Source of the DNA: Candidatus Doudnabacteria bacterium RIFCSPHIGHO2_12_FULL_48_16
GTDB lineage: Bacteria; Patescibacteriota; Doudnabacteria; UBA920; O2-02-FULL-48-8
Direction of reading: 5' to 3'
DNA length: 64,000 nt
Assembly: GCA_001780035.1 (NCBI GenBank)
Contig: MFEY01000007.1
Coordinates: forward strand, 123,155 to 187,154
This document shows, one piece after another, positions 57,855 to 64,000 of the stretch; position 1 is the first letter of the stretch; each line of letters opens with the position of its first letter. The translations under genes and the position numbers were made by a program. Under the pieces are notes generated by a model that saw nothing but the letters and a program-made list of their open reading frames with translations, was not told the origin of the DNA and made no database searches.

Positions 57855-59249
57855 CTACTGCAACAGTTGCCAGGACTGATCCTGAATTTCCCACCCGCCG
57901 CCAGGTCCCGATGAAAACAGCGGGCTAGCTAGGCCGGATTCATAAGTCACGGATGCGCCATTGCTCAAATGGATTTTATTGGCTGTGATTTCTTTGAGCG
58001 CCGCGTTATTGGATACCTCGACCACGCCATCGGCAGCATACAAAATCATAGAGTTGGCGTTGTTGGAAATGGCTATGGCGTTCGCGGTGGTGTTGTTGCG
58101 CTGCGACAAAACCAAAATATAACTGCCGGCAGTGCCGGAACCTTGCGCCTCGGAATTATTGCTGAAGCTAATCAATCCCGCAGAAGAGCTTTCATCCACG
58201 CCGGCCAAAAGAACTCCGCTAAGATTGCCGTAACTGGATGCTAATTTAATTATCGAGCCGTTGCTCAATGTAATCGAGCCGGTGACCCAAATCGTACCGG
58301 TCAAAGTTAGAGTCACGTTATTACTCAAGGTTAAATTGCCGTTGATTTTTTTAGGACCAAGCGAGGCCGAAGCGCCATTGCTCAAACTGTAACTGCTAAT
58401 TACCCCGCCAGCCTCGGCTTCGCTTTCCCAGGCGTCTATCTGTTCATCACTAATCGGGAATGGCATGACTTCCGGATCTTGAAAATTATCCGGGTTAGGC
58501 GTGGTTTGGGTTCCATCAATGCTGCAAGAGGTTTTGCTATCAAAGGTCGCATTGCCATCAATCGAACAGCTCGAAATAGTATCGCTCACAACATCTCCGT
58601 CAACATCCCCGCGCAGTAAGCTCGCGCTGGTCGCGTTCCCACCAACTTCAATATCTTCCAAGAAATGTCCAATGGCATTCGTGTCCACCCGAATATTGTC
58701 AATTTTTCCAGTGGCGCCAGCGACAATCGCGGTGCCGGTGATCCGCGCACCGTTTGATCCGATAATATTACCGTTGGAATATATGTTGCCGACCACCGTG
58801 GAATTATTATCCATGCTCAAGCCGCCGTTACCAGCCTGCACCCCGTAATTAAACGCAACATTGGCATTGCCGATGGTCACGGTCACTTGGACGGTCCGAT
58901 GAGCGGTGGGGCTTGTGGCATTCGGCGTGTATGAATCAATTTTAATCAATTTGGACGTGGCAGACAGGGGGGTGATCACAATGTTATAAACCCCGTTGGC
59001 ATAGGGAGTGTTCGCTTCACCGCTGTAGTTGGCTTGATTGTTGAGTTTCCAAACCGCCAGTTCAACCGCGGCTTCCGCAATATTGATTCCCTGGCCGCGC
59101 GCCACCGACTGCCGGTGCGCCCGAATTTGAAGCCCGGCGTAACCCATCAGCGAAACCACAATACTGGTTACGACCGCCATAAAGACGAGGACCAGGAGCA
59201 AAATCTGACCGTGCTGAGAATTTATAATTTTTAATTTATAATTTTTCAT
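57855..59249 (-). CDS. large pilus-associated protein (PilX-like N-terminus, Asn/Ser/Gly-rich beta-helix-like body)
   Basis: 464 aa; N-terminal hydrophobic helix 'GQILLLVLVFMAVVTSIVVSL'; repetitive 'SNN/SNG' segments. Confidence 0.4.
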   Translation of the reverse strand: MKNYKLKIINSQHGQILLLVLVFMAVVTSIVVSLMGYAGLQIRAHRQSVARGQGINIAEAAVELAVWKLNNQANYSGEANTPYANGVYNIVITPLSATSKLIKIDSYTPNATSPTAHRTVQVTVTIGNANVAFNYGVQAGNGGLSMDNNSTVVGNIYSNGNIIGSNGARITGTAIVAGATGKIDNIRVDTNAIGHFLEDIEVGGNATSASLLRGDVDGDVVSDTISSCSIDGNATFDSKTSCSIDGTQTTPNPDNFQDPEVMPFPISDEQIDAWESEAEAGGVISSYSLSNGASASLGPKKINGNLTLSNNVTLTLTGTIWVTGSITLSNGSIIKLASSYGNLSGVLLAGVDESSSAGLISFSNNSEAQGSGTAGSYILVLSQRNNTTANAIAISNNANSMILYAADGVVEVSNNAALKEITANKIHLSNGASVTYESGLASPLFSSGPGGGWEIQDQSWQLLQ

Positions 59250-59253
59250 TTCT

Positions 59254-59820
59254 CTAGTAGTTTCTTAATTTAGCCTTCGATGACGCGGTGATTGACCGGG
59301 TCTGGGCGCCGGCACTTTCCTGTATGGTCAAATCCGTCTGTACCTCCGTCACCAGGCTGTAATCTGGGTTGTTGTAAGTGAAAACCAAACCGTTGATGTG
59401 GTTGGCCAGTTTTTTGGCCGCTGCCGGACGGCTGCTCGCGGCGTCGGGAAAAACTTGCCGCCACAAGTCACTGGCCGACAAATAATAGACTGCATAATCA
59501 AAGGTTCCGGCAACCAAACGGCCGCTGCCATCCACCGACTGAATTTGCAAAATCAGTATCTGCGGTCCGGCGGAATATGTGGAGTGACTAGCTACAGCGC
59601 GGTTAGCCTGCCGCAAATAATTATCAACGTCATCCAGAGCCGCCCGGGCATCCGCCGTAACATTAAGTTCCGCCGTTTCGCTCCGATACAGCCGATTCTG
59701 GCCGATAAACAGATCGCTCAGGATCACCCCGGCCACCGCCACCAGCGCGATCACGATGATGGTTTCGATCAGGGTAAACCCGCGTTTGGTAATTTGTAAT
59801 TTATAATTTGACATTGACAA
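59254..59820 (-). CDS. type IV pilin-like protein (prepilin N-terminal methylation motif)
   Basis: 188 aa; 'KRGFTLIETIIVIALVAVAG'. Confidence 0.65.
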   Translation of the reverse strand: MSMSNYKLQITKRGFTLIETIIVIALVAVAGVILSDLFIGQNRLYRSETAELNVTADARAALDDVDNYLRQANRAVASHSTYSAGPQILILQIQSVDGSGRLVAGTFDYAVYYLSASDLWRQVFPDAASSRPAAAKKLANHINGLVFTYNNPDYSLVTEVQTDLTIQESAGAQTRSITASSKAKLRNY

Positions 59821-59825
59821 TTCCG

Positions 59826-60221
59826 CTAAGGGTTAATTCCCCCGTTCCCGGCCAAAGTTTTTAACTGCAGCTGTTTGGCGATACCGTCCGTCCAGGTAAC
59901 GGTGACGGTGATTTCCTTAATTCCGGTGTAGCCGGCATAATCCGCGACGGTAAAACTGCCCGCGCCCGAGGGAATCTGGTTGAGCATGGAATCGGAAACT
60001 GCCCCTGATGGCGGCAAAGACACATAGGTGGTCGCGCGCAAACTTTCCATTTGCTTATTCGCCACGCGGTAAGCCAGGTCCTCATATCGCTGTTTGCGGC
60101 TCTGAGCCACGGTATTGAGCGCTGAGGTGTAAAAGGCCAGCAAGGTCACCAGGATAAACATGCTGATGACGACTTCGATCAGTGAAATGCCTGACTCCCG
60201 GTTTGTCTTTTTGATTTTCAA
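59826..60221 (-). CDS. type IV pilin-like protein (prepilin N-terminal motif)
   Basis: 131 aa; 'ESGISLIEVVISMFILVTLLAF'. Confidence 0.65.
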   Translation of the reverse strand: MKIKKTNRESGISLIEVVISMFILVTLLAFYTSALNTVAQSRKQRYEDLAYRVANKQMESLRATTYVSLPPSGAVSDSMLNQIPSGAGSFTVADYAGYTGIKEITVTVTWTDGIAKQLQLKTLAGNGGINP

Positions 60222-61432
60222 TTTATGTTCTGCGTAATGTTGTAAATCGGGGTAATCAAAGCCACGGCCAAAAATCCGACCACAATCCCGATCACGATCA
60301 TAATGACCGGCTCGAGGATCGAGGAAAGATTTTTCATGGTCTGATCGACCTCGGCCTCGTAAAAATCCGCCACTTCGGTCAGCACGGCATCAGTGGTGCC
60401 CGATTCTTCCCCCACTTCCATCATCTGGACCACCAGATTCGAAAACAGCCGCGGCTGCTTTTTGAACGTCGCGGACAGCGGGCTGCCAATTTTCACTTTG
60501 TCAGCCGATTCCGAAATGGTTTGCTGGTAATAAATATTCCCGACCACGTGCGAGGAAACTTCCAACGACTCCACAATCGGCATGCCGGATTTGATCAAAG
60601 AGGCAAACACCCGGGTAAACCGGGCCAGGTTCAGTTTGATAACAATCCCGGACACCACTGGCAAATACAACACGATTTTATGCAGAATCCGCTTGCCGGC
60701 TGTGGTCGTGCGCCAATAAACGAATCCGATCCCGAGCAGGATCACTGCGGCCAAAATCCACAGACCATAATTGGCAAACACATCGACCAGGCCGATGACG
60801 ACCCGGGTCATAAACGGCAATTCGACATTCAGATCCTTAAAAGTGGAGGTCAATTTGGGCAGGACAAACGTAAACATCAAAAATCCGACCGCGGCCAAGG
60901 CGAACATGACAATGATCGGATAGGTCAGAGCGCCGCGGGCTTTGGACAACAAATCATAGTCCCGCTGCATTTGCTCGGCCAGGTATCGCAGATCCTGTTC
61001 CAAATTGCCGGAGGCTTCTCCGACCCGGACCATATTGACGAAAATTGGGGAAAAAACGGATGGATGTTTGGTCATGCTGTCGGCCAACGAAGTCCCGTTC
61101 TCCACCATCCGACCAATGTCGCCGATAATTTGACGAAACCGCGGGTTGGGCGTCTGAGTCGAGAGAATCCTCAGGCAGCGCGACACGGGCAGCCCGGCCT
61201 TGATCATTACCCCCAGGTTTTTCATAAAGGTAATTTTGTCGAGCAGGCTGACCCGGCGCAAGGAATCCAGTAAGCCCCGGACCGACAAACCGGCGCGAAC
61301 GGGTCGGATGCGAACCGGCACCAGCCCCTGTCCGTGCAAATACTCAACCACGCCGGCTTCATTGGCCGCGGTGAAAGTATCCTTTTGGACCAGGCCAGCT
61401 TTGGTTCGGGCAATATAGTTGAATTCAGGCAT
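60218..61432 (-). CDS. pilC: type II secretion system F family / PilC platform protein
   Basis: 404 aa; duplicated T2SSF domains, three TM segments. Confidence 0.85.
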   Translation of the reverse strand: MPEFNYIARTKAGLVQKDTFTAANEAGVVEYLHGQGLVPVRIRPVRAGLSVRGLLDSLRRVSLLDKITFMKNLGVMIKAGLPVSRCLRILSTQTPNPRFRQIIGDIGRMVENGTSLADSMTKHPSVFSPIFVNMVRVGEASGNLEQDLRYLAEQMQRDYDLLSKARGALTYPIIVMFALAAVGFLMFTFVLPKLTSTFKDLNVELPFMTRVVIGLVDVFANYGLWILAAVILLGIGFVYWRTTTAGKRILHKIVLYLPVVSGIVIKLNLARFTRVFASLIKSGMPIVESLEVSSHVVGNIYYQQTISESADKVKIGSPLSATFKKQPRLFSNLVVQMMEVGEESGTTDAVLTEVADFYEAEVDQTMKNLSSILEPVIMIVIGIVVGFLAVALITPIYNITQNIN

Positions 61433-61437
61433 TGAAT

Positions 61438-63054
61438 TTACTCTCTGCTAACCCGGATTACTTCTTCGATGGTGGTTTTGCCCTGCAGGCATTTGATAAA
61501 TCCATCCTGCCACATCAGCACCATGCCCTCGTCCACCGCCTTTTGTTCAATCTGGCTGGTCGGCGCACGCTTGAGGATCAGATCCTGAATGGTGGTGCTC
61601 ACTTCCAGGACTTCAAAAATTCCTTTGCGCATGCGATACCCGCTGTGGCCGCAACGGTCGCAGCCCTGGCCTTTGTGAAAAGTCAGTTCGGCCAGGCTCC
61701 GTATCTGCGGCTCGATGAATTTTTCCCGCTTCATAATTGTAAGCAGCGCCGGAATGTCAAAATCTTTTTTCAGGCTGGCTTCCATCTCACCATCAATCCT
61801 GTAATCGATCCGGCAATCCTCGCAGATCTGGCGGGTCAGGCGCTGGCCGACTACGACGTTGACCGTGGAGGCGATTAAATAAGGCTCGACGCCGATATCG
61901 AGCAGGCGCGGCAGAGCCCCAGCCGCGTTGTTGGTATGAAGCGTGGACAGAACCACGTGGCCGGTCAGAGCGGCGTGCACGGCCTCCTCCGCGGTTTCGG
62001 AATCACGGATTTCCCCGATCATCATGATGTTAGGATCCTGCCGCAGGAGCGCGCGCAACCCCATGGCGAAAGTCAGGCCGATTTTGGGGTTGACTTGGGT
62101 CTGGTTAATCCCTTCGATGCGGTATTCAATCGGATCTTCGATGGTGGCAATATTGACCCCCTTGGTGTTGAGCAAAGATAGAATCGTATAGAGCGTGGTG
62201 GATTTGCCGCTGCCGGTCGGGCCGGTGACCAGAATCGCGCCGTGGGGCTTTTTGACGTTGCGGATAATCACTTCGTAATTGCGGTGAATAAATCCCAGCT
62301 CCTCGAGGGTCATGGCTTTGGCTGATTCATCCAACAGACGCAGAACAACTTTTTCGCCGTCAAACACCGGAATGGTGGAAACGCGGAACGAAATATTGTA
62401 ATCGTCTTTTTCCACCTTGAACCGGCCATCCTGCGGCAGGCGGTGTTCGTCAATCTTGAGGCTGCTAATAACTTTGATGCGGGCAATCAGGGCCGGCTGG
62501 ATGACTTTCGGCAGGGTCATGACGTCATGCAGCATCCCGTCAATCCGGTAGCGCACAATGACTTCGTTTTCCTGCGGTTCAATATGAATGTCCGACGCTT
62601 TTTCAAAGATGGCATATTCCAAAAGCGTATCCACCACCCGGACGACCGGAATTTCGGCCGCCATTTCCTTGAGCTTATCCGAAATACTGGCGGAATCGGG
62701 CAGCCCGGCTTTTTCCTGCTTGGAAACGATTTTGGCAAATTCCGCTTCCAGGCTGTTGTGGTATTGCTTGAGGCCATGTTCCAGGGAATCCGGGCTGATC
62801 AAAAACGGCGTGACGATCAGGTCGGTTTTCTTTTTGATCGCTTCCAGAGTTTCCAAATCATTCGGGTCGACCATACCCAGACTTAAGCTGTTGCTATCCT
62901 TGCCAAAAGCGATAACTTTGTGGCGCCGGGCAATCGGTTCCGGGACCAAAAGCAACACTTCCTTGGGAATCAAGCCGACATTCATCAAGTCGACGGATTG
63001 GGTTTGGGTAAGTTGTTCGGAGTTAGCGGGCATAAAAAATAAATCAAAGGTCAA
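61438..63054 (-). CDS. pilB: type IV pilus assembly ATPase PilB/GspE
   Basis: 538 aa; Walker A 'GPTGSGKSTT', Asp box, His box, tetracysteine 'C..C...C..C' motif. Confidence 0.9.
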   Translation of the reverse strand: MTFDLFFMPANSEQLTQTQSVDLMNVGLIPKEVLLLVPEPIARRHKVIAFGKDSNSLSLGMVDPNDLETLEAIKKKTDLIVTPFLISPDSLEHGLKQYHNSLEAEFAKIVSKQEKAGLPDSASISDKLKEMAAEIPVVRVVDTLLEYAIFEKASDIHIEPQENEVIVRYRIDGMLHDVMTLPKVIQPALIARIKVISSLKIDEHRLPQDGRFKVEKDDYNISFRVSTIPVFDGEKVVLRLLDESAKAMTLEELGFIHRNYEVIIRNVKKPHGAILVTGPTGSGKSTTLYTILSLLNTKGVNIATIEDPIEYRIEGINQTQVNPKIGLTFAMGLRALLRQDPNIMMIGEIRDSETAEEAVHAALTGHVVLSTLHTNNAAGALPRLLDIGVEPYLIASTVNVVVGQRLTRQICEDCRIDYRIDGEMEASLKKDFDIPALLTIMKREKFIEPQIRSLAELTFHKGQGCDRCGHSGYRMRKGIFEVLEVSTTIQDLILKRAPTSQIEQKAVDEGMVLMWQDGFIKCLQGKTTIEEVIRVSRE

Positions 63055-63276
63055 AAATCAGAAGTCAAAAATAAAACTAAGCGCTTCGCAATCCTAAATT
63101 TATTTCAGGATCTCGTTTTGGGATGCTGAAACCAGTTCAGCATTTCGTTTTAGGCTACAAAATTAAATATTGTCCATTGTTATTTATTTCAAATTCTTTT
63201 TGATTTCTGACTTCGTTAAGCGTAATTACCTATTTATTATAGCATAATTGGGCTTAAAAATAAAATTGTAAACCAA

Positions 63277-63303
63277 AACACCTCGGCCGATGGCCGAGGT
63301 GTT
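63277..63303. terminator. perfect 12-bp palindromic terminator hairpin
   Basis: 'aacacctcggcc-gat-ggccgaggtgtt'; T-run follows on the minus strand, downstream of the 63327 gene. Confidence 0.5.
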
Positions 63304-63326
63304 TCTTGTTACATGTTGCGTGATTA

Positions 63327-64000
63327 TTACTCCACGCTTCCGTTACCAGTATACGCGGCCAACGAAGCGCTAATCGCATTCGATGTCTTATAACCTCTGG
63401 TGGTTAGGTCCGTGGTCGAGGAAAAGCTTAATTTTTTGCCGTCAGAGACGAGGTAGTAAGTTCCCCCGTCATTAACTAAGGTGCCATCGCGGAATTTCAC
63501 GATCGCGCCTTCGGTCAGGGCAATATCTGCCGCATTCGCTCGAGCGACATCCCCAAGTTTGAAGCCATAAGTATTAAACACATTCATGGATTCAAAGCCT
63601 GTTTTTTTGCCATCTCGAATCCACCAGATGGTCTGGCCTTCTTTGACCAGAGCGCCATCCGGATGAACTTCGGTGCTAGTGCCAATCGGATTGCCTGTTA
63701 AATAATCCGACAAATTAATCTTGGGTAAGCCGGAGAGATTATAACCAAGACCTCTTAGAACCGCCATAGAGGTAAAGCCGCGCTTGGTTCCGCTACTGCC
63801 GACCATGTAGACAGTTTTACCATCCGCGGCATCCAGCACCAAGGTGCCTTCCAGGGCTTTTTGGACGAATTCAGCTTGCGGCATGGCTTTATCTTGGGCA
63901 TTGGCCGCCACGGCTTGGCCAAAGGTGTAGCCATGCGACTTATACTCATTCGCGTTACGGAACCCAACCCGCTTGCCGTTTTTGATCAGATAAAACGTGC
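63327..64000 (-). CDS. repeat-containing secreted/surface protein, 5' end beyond the window
   Basis: ~45-aa repeats 'G.T.Y.V..GKK.GF.S..V...YG'; frame continues to the window edge. Confidence 0.4.
   Translation of the reverse strand, partial: TFYLIKNGKRVGFRNANEYKSHGYTFGQAVAANAQDKAMPQAEFVQKALEGTLVLDAADGKTVYMVGSSGTKRGFTSMAVLRGLGYNLSGLPKINLSDYLTGNPIGTSTEVHPDGALVKEGQTIWWIRDGKKTGFESMNVFNTYGFKLGDVARANAADIALTEGAIVKFRDGTLVNDGGTYYLVSDGKKLSFSSTTDLTTRGYKTSNAISASLAAYTGNGSVE

Noticed and set aside
63056-63210. Long-range imperfect inverted repeat ('aaaatcagaagtcaaaaa' ... 'tttttgatttctgacttc') in the pilB upstream spacer
   Set aside because: The arms are similar but not truly complementary when aligned, so this is probably AT-rich promoter-region coincidence.
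63755-63967. 70-aa ORF in an alternative frame near the window end
   Set aside because: It overlaps the better-supported repeat-protein frame, which continues to the window edge.

Overview
The window is a dense bacterial chromosomal segment with mostly short intergenic spacers and a heterogeneous GC content (about 35-60 % by eye; nothing was computed). The type IV pilus locus, DUF378/BdbC-type genes and de novo purine genes point to a Gram-positive-like or candidate-phylum organism; lineage is uncertain.

Housekeeping genes:
- rpsO-pnp.
- A purine biosynthesis operon: purB, purC, purM, a conserved unknown, purE, purQ and a fused purS-purL.
- Zur/Fur plus a ZIP zinc transporter.
- holA-like DNA polymerase III delta.
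- Four tRNAs: His-GTG, Arg-TCT, Arg-TCG and Lys-CTT.

Envelope and redox genes:
- A DsbA-like oxidoreductase and a DsbB/BdbC partner.
- A ceramidase-like membrane hydrolase, a cupin, two DoxX-type membrane proteins and a CcdA-like protein.
- A copper module: CsoR, a DUF305 protein, a small membrane protein and a CopB-type P1B ATPase.

Transport genes:
- A fused MsbA-like ABC exporter.
- An ABC-F ATPase with a terminator hairpin abutting its start codon (possible attenuator).

Other loci:
- A seven-gene aminosugar-modification cluster: an LmbE deacetylase, a TIM-barrel protein, a FemAB-like acyltransferase, two DegT aminotransferases, an epimerase and an APH-like kinase.
- A signalling and surface locus: a PAS histidine kinase carrying an in-frame (TAG)12 microsatellite, two paralogous single-domain CheY-like regulators, an XRE regulator, a dockerin-like secreted protein, a giant tail-fibre-like surface protein and a zinc-ribbon-PAS protein.
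- A complete type IV pilus locus: pilB, pilC, pseudopilins, pilM, pilN and pilO.

The most unusual region lies at about 35.3-38.6 kb. The tRNA-His gene is followed, on its 3' side, by five same-orientation partial copies of the tRNA 3' end, which look like att-site scars. They delimit four small cargo cassettes and no integrase lies nearby. The cassettes carry a MerR-HTH::GHKL-ATPase fusion with a DUF4325 STAS-like partner, a GC-rich small ORF, a P-loop kinase and a hypothetical protein.

Several other self-contained GC-rich genes, each with its own RBS and terminator, sit in AT-richer context. They include an RNHCP-domain protein with a second native paralog next to an excisionase-like HTH between two tRNAs, an MBL hydrolase, a PurH-like MGS-domain protein, and a HAD hydrolase plus P-loop NTPase inside the purine operon. 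This is consistent with repeated small-scale horizontal acquisition.
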